Assembly: GCA_018824365.1 (NCBI GenBank)
Contig: JAHJGQ010000081.1
Location: 1 to 38,754 of the forward strand
Source: Nanobdellota archaeon
GTDB taxonomy: Archaea > Nanobdellota > Nanobdellia > Woesearchaeales > GW2011-AR9
Direction of reading: 5' to 3'
DNA length: 38,754 nt
The notes under the pieces are model-generated. The model ran no database searches. It was not told where the DNA came from and worked only from the letters and a program-made list of their open reading frames with translations. Shown piece after piece: positions 8,218-16,772 of this stretch. Position numbers and translations under genes: made by a program. How positions within the stretch are numbered: position 1 is the stretch's first letter; every line of letters starts with the position of its first letter.

Positions 8218-8589
8218 TCATTTTTCTTTCTTAAAAGCCTGAGGAAGATCGATCATATACTTACCTTCTTCAAGTTTGATAATCAAAGGATCTTTTTTGA
8301 ATAAATGGACCAGATCAAGTTCATATTTGCCTGGTTTAAGCACTCTTATTGCTTCAATGTCAAGAACTACTGGATCGTTAGCTTCTTCTTTGATATTAAG
8401 TATTTCACCGATATCTTTTTCAATATTCTTTTTATCTTCTATTGAAAGATTGGTCAATAATTCCTTACCTTTATCAATATCCTTCTTTTTTATGTAAAAG
8501 AAAAGTCTGGCACCACAACTACAGCCTTTAAGAATTTCTTCAGCTCCATCTGGATAAAATTTACTGCAACGTACACATTGATGTGGCAT
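8218..8589 (-). CDS. oapC: Zn-ribbon protein OapC (DUF2072 family)
   Basis: MPHQCVRC...ILKGCSCG..FFY and IEAIRVLKPGKYELDL; third gene of the GTPase operon. Confidence 0.88.
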   Translation of the reverse strand: MPHQCVRCSKFYPDGAEEILKGCSCGARLFFYIKKKDIDKGKELLTNLSIEDKKNIEKDIGEILNIKEEANDPVVLDIEAIRVLKPGKYELDLVHLFKKDPLIIKLEEGKYMIDLPQAFKKEK

Positions 8590-8634
8590 AAGAATAAAAA
8601 TATAATATAGTATTTATTTGTTTCTATTGGAAAG

Positions 8635-9033
8635 TTACTTTTTTTTTCTTTTTCTGTATCTAATTGTGCTTTCTTTGGTAAATAGTTCAATCTTATCAGG
8701 ATCTTTCTCAATCTTGTTGACTATTGATGCTGGTCCAATAATAGTTAAACCTTGCCTATCTCCTAAAAGAACGTTTGCAAAAACACCTTTGAGCCTTTGC
8801 AGTGGATACTGCTTTTCTTTATCCGGATAGATTACACTTAATTCTATACCTTTAAATTTTGGAGAAATCTCTTCCATAGTAATCTCAATAAGATCTGCTT
8901 CTTCTTGCTTCTTAAGACGCCCTTCCATGATTACAATCTTTTCTTCTTTAACAATCTTCAGAAGTTTGTTTACTCTCTTAGTAGGAGTTAGATTTTCTAT
9001 ATCATGATAAGGGACAAACTGAAACGTAACCAT
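8635..9033 (-). CDS. oapB: OapB (DUF2073 family)
   Basis: IVIMEGRL..EEADLIE.TMEEI..FKGIE and GLTIIGPA motifs; lies between the GTPase and Zn-ribbon genes. Confidence 0.88.
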   Translation of the reverse strand: MVTFQFVPYHDIENLTPTKRVNKLLKIVKEEKIVIMEGRLKKQEEADLIEITMEEISPKFKGIELSVIYPDKEKQYPLQRLKGVFANVLLGDRQGLTIIGPASIVNKIEKDPDKIELFTKESTIRYRKRKKK

Positions 9034-9087
9034 TTATATGTAACCTCTTTTATTTTAATAGTAAATCTTTATAGTTTTTAAACTTAA

Positions 9088-9729
9088 TTATTTTGCTAAT
9101 TTAAAGAGCTGTTCATAAAACTCTTCTATATTTTTCCCGTATTTTGCAGATATGCCCACAATTCCATATTGTGGAAAAGCAGCTTTTATGATATCAAGAT
9201 TAGCTTTCTTCAGATCAATCTTGTTTGCTGCAATCAAAACAGGAATGTTTCTTGCCTGTAAATTTCCGATGATAGTAATATTTACCTGAGAATATGGATC
9301 TTTAGTTGCGTCTAAAGTTACAATCACGGAGTCCATGTCATCAAGCCATTTTATTGAGTCGATAACTCCTTTTGTAGCTTCTTTTGCTCTCTTCTTAGCA
9401 TCATTTTTCTTCATCCCTTTTTTTATGAAGTCTTCATAATCAATTTTTGTAGAAATTCCCGGTGTGTCTACCAGCGAAAAAGTAAGTTCTTTACCTTTAC
9501 TATTCTTGATTGTAACTTGTTCTTTAATCTTGATTTCCCTTGTTTCATGAGCGATATGTGAAACCGTAGACATCTCTTCTCCTAACCAGTCCTGACAAAT
9601 CCTGTTTGCTAATGTTGATTTTCCGCCATTTGGCGGTCCATATAATCCTAATTTGAAGTTGTTCCTTTTACTGAAAGGATTAAAAGACAATTTCTTAAGA
9701 AGATTCTTGAAAAATGTTCTGACGGCCAT
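9088..9729 (-). CDS. oapA: Era-like GTP-binding protein OapA
   Basis: G1 GPPNGGKST, G3 DTPG, G4 NKID, G5 ISA; family-typical EATKGV and DPYSQVN. Confidence 0.9.
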   Translation of the reverse strand: MAVRTFFKNLLKKLSFNPFSKRNNFKLGLYGPPNGGKSTLANRICQDWLGEEMSTVSHIAHETREIKIKEQVTIKNSKGKELTFSLVDTPGISTKIDYEDFIKKGMKKNDAKKRAKEATKGVIDSIKWLDDMDSVIVTLDATKDPYSQVNITIIGNLQARNIPVLIAANKIDLKKANLDIIKAAFPQYGIVGISAKYGKNIEEFYEQLFKLAK

Positions 9730-9972
9730 CTTTTTTTTGTACTCCCTCTAATAATAGATGAATTTTCGTAATGGTTATTAAAGTTTTTGGTAGTGGAAAC
9801 AACTCTTTATTATCATCATAACAGAATGATTTATAAGTGTGTTAGTTATTTTTAAGAACTATGGACACTGCATTACTGATTATTTTGATAGTAACAGGCA
9901 ACATCTGTTTATATTGGTTATTTTATGGAAAAAAAAAGTTTGAAGAGAAGCTGCAAAAGAGGTAAATAGAAA

Positions 9973-10485
9973 GTGGTGGAGAGGACACTGGTCATCGATC
10001 GTCTTAAGCTTAGTTATGATGGTCTATTTAACACTTCTGAATTATATAGCGTAATCTCTTCTTTTTTCTTTGAAAGGGGCTGGGATTGGTATGAGAAAAT
10101 GAACCAGGAGCAAGTAACTCCTGAAGGAAAACAAATCCATATTATTCTTGAACCATGGAAAAACATCAGTGATTACTATAAGATTACTGCGAGTATAAAG
10201 ATACATCTCACAGATATAAAAGATGTAGAGGTTGAGCACGATAAACAAATTTTAAATGTAAGCCAAGGATCTGTCAAAATCACTTTTGATGGTTTTGTTG
10301 TCAGTGATAGGGCAAATAACTGGAATGAAAAACCGTTCTACTGGTTCTTAAGTATAATTCTTGAGAAATATTTTTTCAAGAACCATTATGATAAAGCTGC
10401 AAGCTGGATAGAAAGTGATGTTGAAGATCTGCATCATCAAATAAAGTCTTATCTTAATACGTTTAAATATATGTATGGTCGTTGA
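9973..10485 (+). CDS. Uncharacterised protein (paralogue family)
   Basis: GTG start; similar to 101-622 and 10488-11081; divergent from oapA. Confidence 0.8.
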   Translation: MVERTLVIDRLKLSYDGLFNTSELYSVISSFFFERGWDWYEKMNQEQVTPEGKQIHIILEPWKNISDYYKITASIKIHLTDIKDVEVEHDKQILNVSQGSVKITFDGFVVSDRANNWNEKPFYWFLSIILEKYFFKNHYDKAASWIESDVEDLHHQIKSYLNTFKYMYGR

Positions 10486-10487
10486 AA

Positions 10488-11081
10488 ATGGCAGAAAATA
10501 TCTTTCACATGGAGAAGAACTTAATCGTAAACAATAAAGAGTTGAATCATGGCGGTTTTTTTATTGTCAACGAGATTTTTTCTACAATCAATAGAGCTAT
10601 CGAAGAGAGGGGTTATACTAAGAAAGAGAAACGAAGTGAGGAGACTGTAACCCCTTCCGGGAAATATTTATATCTTGAATTAAGGCCGTTTAAGGTAGTT
10701 ACCAATTATATCACTCTTATGATAAAGATTAAGATTAATTTAAACCATATTACTGAAACTGTCAAGGAGATTGACGGTAAAAAAACGATTTTTCAGAATG
10801 GAGAGGTTCATATTGCTTTTGATGCCTGGTCTTTGACGGATTATGAACATCGATGGGGAATGAAACCTTTTGTTTATTTCATGAAAGCTTTGATCAACAA
10901 GTTCATCTACAAGTTTCCTTTTGAAGCCGGAACTATAAGCATTGTAGGGGGAGATACTGCTTATATCTATGCGCAGGTGAAGAAATTATTAAATTCTTAT
11001 AAGAAAAAGGAAGAAAAAACGATTTCTGAAGAGGAAGTGAAGAAAGAAATAGAAGAAGAAGTTATGAAGGAAAAAGGTTGA
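10488..11081 (+). CDS. Uncharacterised protein (paralogue family) with acidic tail
   Basis: ATG 10488 directly after the upstream stop; shares TPxGK...PxK.vtdY...G.V.I.fd...D...W..KPF with its neighbour. Confidence 0.8.
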   Translation: MAENIFHMEKNLIVNNKELNHGGFFIVNEIFSTINRAIEERGYTKKEKRSEETVTPSGKYLYLELRPFKVVTNYITLMIKIKINLNHITETVKEIDGKKTIFQNGEVHIAFDAWSLTDYEHRWGMKPFVYFMKALINKFIYKFPFEAGTISIVGGDTAYIYAQVKKLLNSYKKKEEKTISEEEVKKEIEEEVMKEKG

Positions 11082-11117
11082 TAATTTTAACAAGTAAATT
11101 AATTTTTCTATTTTTCT

Positions 11118-11304
11118 TAAGTAATAGGTCTCCTTGAGAAAAATAGCAGTAGGCGAGTGAGGATGAGCGTTCGTTTTAAGGATTAAGATAAGATTCAATT
11201 GATATTGTTCTCTATAACGAATGCCATAGCTTGTCTTACGAATAGACCTGTCATCCTCACAACCTGACGCCAAACTGCTATTTTCCCACCCGACCTATTA
11301 CTTA
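11118..11304. mobile_element. 187-bp MITE with 13-bp TIRs and 10-bp TSD
   Basis: TIR TAAGTAATAGGTC / GACCTATTACTTA; flanking direct repeat CTATTTTTCT at 11108-11117 and 11305-11314; nested internal inverted repeats. Confidence 0.85.
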
Positions 11305-11374
11305 CTATTTTTCTGATGCGGGGAAAAATATTAAACATAAAATATAAGATGATTGTTTATCCAAGCGAATAATT

Positions 11375-11689
11375 TCAATTTATTTTCAGATGCTTATTGT
11401 TTTCTTTTTCATTATAGAACGTAGCAATATATACATAGTTAGAAAAGTCAAATTGGCTGCGATTTAGTTGAAGAGTATTGGATCCCAGAAGAACATAATC
11501 ACACTTGTATTCTTTTGCGAGTTGTATGGCTAAGATTCTAGCCCGCTCATCGGCTAAATTTTGGGGTGCATTGAACCAAATCAATTCACTGCCCATATGG
11601 ACAAGCTCTTCTAATCTTATCGGCTCAACTACTTTTTCATCATTGCGAATCCATGTTTTTCCTTTTACTCTTTCAATTAATTTAGGCAT
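11375..11689 (-). CDS. Hypothetical protein
   Basis: 104-aa ORF; TTTATATA ~22 nt upstream on -. Confidence 0.65.
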   Translation of the reverse strand: MPKLIERVKGKTWIRNDEKVVEPIRLEELVHMGSELIWFNAPQNLADERARILAIQLAKEYKCDYVLLGSNTLQLNRSQFDFSNYVYIATFYNEKENNKHLKIN

Positions 11690-11733
11690 TTATAATTTTT
11701 AAAAGCTAAATATATAAAAGAATTTAGTAACTC

Positions 11734-11882
11734 GGTTAATATGAAACCCTTGTAATTCTGATGAATATCAGAATTACTTCTTTTCCAATTCTTATCAGTC
11801 TATCAATGTTGTAAGCGATAACTCTTGTAATAATTTCTACTTTTTGTAGTTTGTCAATTCTTGATCAGGGCTTAGTTGAATA
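11734..11882 (-). mobile_element. IS5-family remnants: transposase C-terminal fragment plus two IR-like ends
   Basis: Minus 11864-11736 reads SRIDKLQKVEIITRVIAYNIDRLIR...; degenerate IR GGTTAATATGAAACCCT at 11734; GGCTTAGTTGAATA (11869-11882) resembles the recalled IS903 IR GGCTTTGTTGAATA. Confidence 0.6.
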
Positions 11883-12058
11883 TTAGAATTTTTTAGATAT
11901 TTCTCAGTCTGAACTTACATTAATATCTAATCATAAAAAAATTATTATTGCTTCTGAGAATTATTGATATATGAAATGTTTTATTTTTTTTAGTAATTTA
12001 TTTAAACGTAAGTTATTCTTCAGTACATATACATATTAAAAATAGGTGAAGATCAAAT

Positions 12059-12712
12059 ATGAAAAAAATAATTATCTTTTGTTTATTCTCTATTACTCTC
12101 TTTTTTTTAATAGGTTGTGTAATTGAAGAAGTTCCAGAAGAAAAAAAAGAAGAGATCATAATATGTACATCTGAATGGAAATGTATAAATTTTTCATTTA
12201 AAGCCTATCAAAATGAAAACTGTAATTTGACTGATGAAACAGAATGTACTTATGGCTGTGTGAACGGAAGTTGTACTGCTCCGACATGTACAACCGGTTT
12301 CAAATGTAAAGATAATTCTACTAAAGCTTTTCAAACAGAAAACTGTTCCTGGATTAATGAAAGTGATTGTGAATTAGGCTGTGAAGATGATGAATGTATG
12401 CCTCTACCTGAGGTTAATGAAAGTGAAGAAGAGATTGTTGAGGAAGTAGAAGAAGAGGAACCGGAACATGATATAATTGGGCAGCTTAGTATTGGTGAAA
12501 CAGAAGTTAGAGTGGTTGGCGGCATAGAACATAATATAAGTCTTTATTTTCTTCTGCCGGATCAAGCTAAGTTTGAAGTTGATGGAACACGAAGCGATTG
12601 GAAAGGGATAGGAGATAATTTCACGATTAAAAGTGTTGAAATTAATATTACTGACATACTTTACCAACATTATCTTGGTGGTATGCAGAAAGTTATTTAC
12701 AATATTAAATGA
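12059..12712 (+). CDS. Secreted/lipoprotein with two Cys-rich repeats and an acidic linker
   Basis: Signal peptide ending LIGC; two C..w/fKC....KAyQ.ENC......C..GC....C units; SD AGGTGA. Confidence 0.82.
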   Translation: MKKIIIFCLFSITLFFLIGCVIEEVPEEKKEEIIICTSEWKCINFSFKAYQNENCNLTDETECTYGCVNGSCTAPTCTTGFKCKDNSTKAFQTENCSWINESDCELGCEDDECMPLPEVNESEEEIVEEVEEEEPEHDIIGQLSIGETEVRVVGGIEHNISLYFLLPDQAKFEVDGTRSDWKGIGDNFTIKSVEINITDILYQHYLGGMQKVIYNIK

Positions 12713-12897
12713 TAAGTTTTAGAAATGTATTTAAATGAAAAAAAATATGGTTTGTTAAATATTAAAAACGAGATGTTTGTTTATCTAACTAAATAACAGA
12801 GATTAATTAAGTTCTCGCTTAATATGGATGGAATTTTCAATAAAATTTAAATAAGCTAATTCTTTTCTTATCATTAATAAAAAAAGGTGATAAAAAA

Positions 12898-13176
12898 ATG
12901 GTAACTCATGTACTTAAGAGAAATAAAAAAAAGCAGCAGTTTATGCCAATAAAGATTAGGCATTCAGTTGAAAAAGCGGCGAAAGAAGCAAAACTTTCTT
13001 CAGCGAGAGTTAAACAACTGGTTCTAGACGTTGCTGAACCAGTAATTGAACTGGCTAAAAAAAAGAAAGTTGTGAAAAGTACAGATCTTCGCAGAGCTAT
13101 CTTAGGCAGGTTAGACAGGAGAACTAAGAAAACATCAAAGGCTTGGAGAAAATTTGACATAAAAAGAAGAAGTTAA
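12898..13176 (+). CDS. Stand-alone ATP-cone domain protein
   Basis: VLKRNKKKQQFMPIKI..SV.KAA...VKSTDLR...L; SD AGGTGA. Confidence 0.8.
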   Translation: MVTHVLKRNKKKQQFMPIKIRHSVEKAAKEAKLSSARVKQLVLDVAEPVIELAKKKKVVKSTDLRRAILGRLDRRTKKTSKAWRKFDIKRRS

Positions 13177-13404
13177 AAATATTGTTGATAAATTATTTTT
13201 TTTGTTTTTATTCCTCGCTGAGTTTAATATCCCGCAGTTTGCTGTGATTGGGTAGCTGACTTTTAGGATTTCTCGTTTATTTTCGATTACACAAAAAGAT
13301 AATATAGTAAAATCTTTCGCGTGAGCGTGATGGTAGTCTAAGTATTCATTTGCATTTTCTAATGTTATGTTATCAATAGATGCAGCAAACTTTCCTTGAA
13401 TCAT
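13135..13404 (-). CDS. Possible small hypothetical protein coupled to the peptidase, 3' end uncertain
   Basis: ATGA overlap with the peptidase stop; the C-terminus is low-complexity and overlaps the ATP-cone gene. Confidence 0.35.
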   Translation of the reverse strand: MIQGKFAASIDNITLENANEYLDYHHAHAKDFTILSFCVIENKREILKVSYPITANCGILNSARNKNKKNNLSTIFLTSSFYVKFSPSL

Positions 13405-14030
13405 AAACCACGGACATTTTTTTGTAGATCAGCTTGACATTGCCCACAAAAAGTAGGGCTATTGCTTAAGTGTATCTGATGGGTATATCTTGCAGATTTT
13501 TCTACAGTGTCTTTTTGTTGCATTACACAATTATTATTTATGCAATGGCTGCCCAGAAATATTTCAGTATTACTCCTATTGCTTGGAGCTGCTCCATAAA
13601 GATGACCCAATTCGTGTGCTAAAATATACTGCAGATGGATGATATCCTGCATCCTTTTAGTTGAAACCGTAACAAAATCAAAATTTTTATAATGATGATA
13701 CCCTCCAAAACACCAGTTTAGATTTCCAGCGTAAAGGTCATGTTCTATTAAAATGATGTGCTGCTGGTCACGATTATTTTGGATGACACTTGTATTAGTA
13801 AGAATCTCTTCTAATCTATCTCTATTTACTTGTCTTCTGTTTTGATCAAATGAACGGCGTTCAATATCTTTAACAAAATTATAACTTGGTAAATGAATCT
13901 CGCCTGGTTTTGGTTTTACGGATTTTATAGGATGATATCTAGATAATTCAGTTAAAGCCCAGCTTAAAGCTCTTCCTGCCATTTGTGTTCTAGTCCCATC
14001 ATGTATCATTAATCTGGCCATAAATCTCAA
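13401..14030 (-). CDS. Zn-metallopeptidase, archaemetzincin-like
   Basis: HELGHLYG, then HC....CVM and FCGQC, resembling the M54 Cys4 site. Confidence 0.8.
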   Translation of the reverse strand: MRFMARLMIHDGTRTQMAGRALSWALTELSRYHPIKSVKPKPGEIHLPSYNFVKDIERRSFDQNRRQVNRDRLEEILTNTSVIQNNRDQQHIILIEHDLYAGNLNWCFGGYHHYKNFDFVTVSTKRMQDIIHLQYILAHELGHLYGAAPSNRSNTEIFLGSHCINNNCVMQQKDTVEKSARYTHQIHLSNSPTFCGQCQADLQKNVRGL

Positions 14031-14230
14031 CTTATCTGATTTAAATTAATACCCAAGAAACCACTTTAGTTCTAAGATATGTAATACTATAAAAACTTTT
14101 TTGTAAAAAATTTCCTTTTTCTCGCATGAATTAAGGATAACCCTATGAATAAGAAAGAAAGCGAAATTTATTTTCATTAAACTAATCATCTTCAGAAACT
14201 TTTATATCCCTTCTATAATTCTCTTACAAG

Positions 14231-15028
14231 ATGAACTTAGTAGACATCCACTGCCACTTGAACCATCAGTTATTCAAAGATGATCTAGATGAAGTCATCA
14301 AAAGGGCTAAAAAAGCCGGAGTAAAAGCAATCATCGTTTCCGGAGTCAATCCTCCTGCTAACAGAGAGGTATTGAAATTAGCCGAAAAAGATTCTATCAT
14401 TAAAGTTTCTTTAGGGATATATCCTATTGATGCTTTAGGACTTTCAGAAGGAGAGACTGGCCTTCCTAGACAGATAGTTCCAATAGATTTGGAAGAAGAG
14501 TTCAAATTCATTGAAAAGAATGAAGATAAAATTGTGGCTGTTGGAGAAGTAGGCATGGACTTTCATTGGGATAAAGAACATCATCAACAGCAGGAAGAGA
14601 ATTTTAGGAAAATAATCCGGTTTGTTAAAAAAATAAGAAAGCCTATAATTATACATTCTAGAAAAGCGGAAATAGAATGCATAGATGTTCTGGAAGAAGA
14701 GGTTCCAAATAAAGAAATTCCAATTATCATGCATTGTTTTTCCGGGAATAAAAAATTGATCAAAAGAGCTGCTGATTTTGGATGCTATTTTTCTATTCCG
14801 CCAATCATAACTAAACTACAACATTTCCAAACATTAACAGAGATCGCTCCGTTAACACAACTATTTACTGAAACTGATGCTCCCTGGTTATCTCCATTTA
14901 AAGATAAAAAGAATGAACCGGCTTTTGTAATTGAAAGTATCAAGAAGATAGCAGAAATCAAAGGTATTTCTCAGAGAGAAGTTGCAGAACAGATTTGGAA
15001 AAATTATGAAACGGTTTTTAAATCTTAA
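14231..15028 (+). CDS. tatD: TatD family nuclease
   Basis: DIHCH, GEVGMD, IIHSR, MHCF and ETDAPWL motifs. Confidence 0.95.
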   Translation: MNLVDIHCHLNHQLFKDDLDEVIKRAKKAGVKAIIVSGVNPPANREVLKLAEKDSIIKVSLGIYPIDALGLSEGETGLPRQIVPIDLEEEFKFIEKNEDKIVAVGEVGMDFHWDKEHHQQQEENFRKIIRFVKKIRKPIIIHSRKAEIECIDVLEEEVPNKEIPIIMHCFSGNKKLIKRAADFGCYFSIPPIITKLQHFQTLTEIAPLTQLFTETDAPWLSPFKDKKNEPAFVIESIKKIAEIKGISQREVAEQIWKNYETVFKS

Positions 15029-16209
15029 TTATCAATTCTTGCATTAAGATTCAATTCTGAACTTAGAAACTTAGAAAGGACATAATCAGGAAAGTATAAC
15101 AAGTTAGCAATTATTTCTTTCATTGCGTAAGCATCTTTATAATCAATTATGGCTCTTATTTGTTCTTCTGTGAATCTGAAATCTCCAAAAAAATTTCGGC
15201 AGTAATTACTTTCTACTTCTCTCATTCGGTTGAATTTTTCCCATTCATGATGAAGGCGGGCATCATATTTTCTGATGACTCCTTGAAACAGTTTTATCAA
15301 GTGTGTTTCATTTTTGTCTACTTTGGTCACTTCCCATACCCCTGATTTTTCCATAGCAAATTTTTTGAAAGCCAACTGGATCATTGACTGGGTATTCCCC
15401 ATCCCTTTCGCGAAACAAGTGTTACAGATGGTTAGAAAAGCATCATACGTTGATTTTGCACATCTTTTGAACAAGAGTTGAGTTGGAGATAATTCTTCAG
15501 ATTCTTTATTTTTATTCGCTTCTTCAAGCAGATAATTTTTAGTATTATTGAGGATAAAAAGATTCTTGAAACATTGGAAGATCCTTTTCTCCTCGCTGAA
15601 ACATTCAATACATTGGATGTTATGCATCCTGTCAGCCAGTTTAACTTGTATGGCAATCTCTTTGGCTTTTTCATCTTCACATTGAAAGATGTTAGAGATG
15701 GAGCGGTAGTAAAAGTCTCTTTTGTGTCTGGTAAGAAGCTTCAAAGTTTTTATGATTAGTTTAACTCTTTCTTCACATTCTTTGTCTTCATTTTCTATAT
15801 GGTTGCTTTTGTAGAATTCTCTCAGTTCTTTCTCTAATTTGTCAAGAACATTAATTTCATACTCATCTAGATATTTGATCCCTTCATCATCTTCTTCAAT
15901 TTCATGCGTAATCTTATATAAGTCAACATTATCTTCTATAAAATCATGAATCAAACCAACACAGAGGATGATCTCATCGTAAATTTTAGCATTTTTCAAA
16001 GCCAAAACAGTATTCAAAGGGTGGGTCAGGGTTTCCTGCCTGTTCTTACGTAAAGGAAGATGAGAATATAATTCTTCAACTTTTTTGTATAAGTAAGAAT
16101 AAAACAATCCATCATCTGAAACAGAGCTTTTTAGCTTTTCAAGATTGTCTTCTTTTTTCCAATGCTCTAAATATTTGAAAGAAGCATATTCTAATGATTC
16201 ATTGTCCAT
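15025..16209 (-). CDS. HD-domain protein, RelA/SpoT hydrolase-like, with long C-terminal extension
   Basis: THPLNTV, GLIHDFIED, LLTR and VKLADRMHN motifs; no synthetase motifs recognised. Confidence 0.8.
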   Translation of the reverse strand: MDNESLEYASFKYLEHWKKEDNLEKLKSSVSDDGLFYSYLYKKVEELYSHLPLRKNRQETLTHPLNTVLALKNAKIYDEIILCVGLIHDFIEDNVDLYKITHEIEEDDEGIKYLDEYEINVLDKLEKELREFYKSNHIENEDKECEERVKLIIKTLKLLTRHKRDFYYRSISNIFQCEDEKAKEIAIQVKLADRMHNIQCIECFSEEKRIFQCFKNLFILNNTKNYLLEEANKNKESEELSPTQLLFKRCAKSTYDAFLTICNTCFAKGMGNTQSMIQLAFKKFAMEKSGVWEVTKVDKNETHLIKLFQGVIRKYDARLHHEWEKFNRMREVESNYCRNFFGDFRFTEEQIRAIIDYKDAYAMKEIIANLLYFPDYVLSKFLSSELNLNARIDN

Positions 16210-16391
16210 TTGATATTAAAATTAAGATGATTATTTTAATTTTTTGGGAATTTTTTAATTATTTTAGCAATATTTATAGATTAATAGGGTTTGTTTTATG
16301 TGTGCAATCAAATTGTCAATCTCTTTTAACTAAGATTTCTTAAATTATTTTCAGAAACCTTTATAAACAAATCATCTTAAAATATTAAATC

Positions 16392-16664
16392 ATGGAATTC
16401 AATGTTCTAGAAGAGACAAAAAATAAACTTGTTTTTGAACTAAAAGGAGAAACGCATACATTTTGTAATATCCTAAAAGAAGAATTGCTTACAGTTAAAG
16501 GCGTTTCTTTGGCAATCTATAGGATCGACCATCCTTTAATTGGTGTTCCTCAGATGAGGATAGAGACTACTAAAGGAACAGAACCTAGAAAAGCACTTAA
16601 AGAAGCTTTGGCAAACATAAAGAAAAAAGCAATTGAATTTCAAAAAGAAGTAAATAAGTTTTAA
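16392..16664 (+). CDS. rpoL: DNA-directed RNA polymerase subunit L (Rpo11)
   Basis: GETHTFCNILK and YRIDHPL motifs; TTTATAAA at 16360-16367 (leaderless). Confidence 0.95.
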   Translation: MEFNVLEETKNKLVFELKGETHTFCNILKEELLTVKGVSLAIYRIDHPLIGVPQMRIETTKGTEPRKALKEALANIKKKAIEFQKEVNKF

Positions 16665-16772
16665 TTTGAGTTTCTTAGTTTAATGGATTTTCTAATAGAT
16701 TTTCTGTTTTTAATTAATTTTTATTGATTTTTTAGAAAAAAAATTTAAACCCCACCCCTCCTAAGTATCTTT

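Noticed and set aside
11118-11304. SRP or 6S-like RNA, and the ORF 10989-11273
   Set aside because: No proper SRP helix-8 GNRA loop; the exact TSD and TIRs explain the element as a MITE, and the ORF is incidental.
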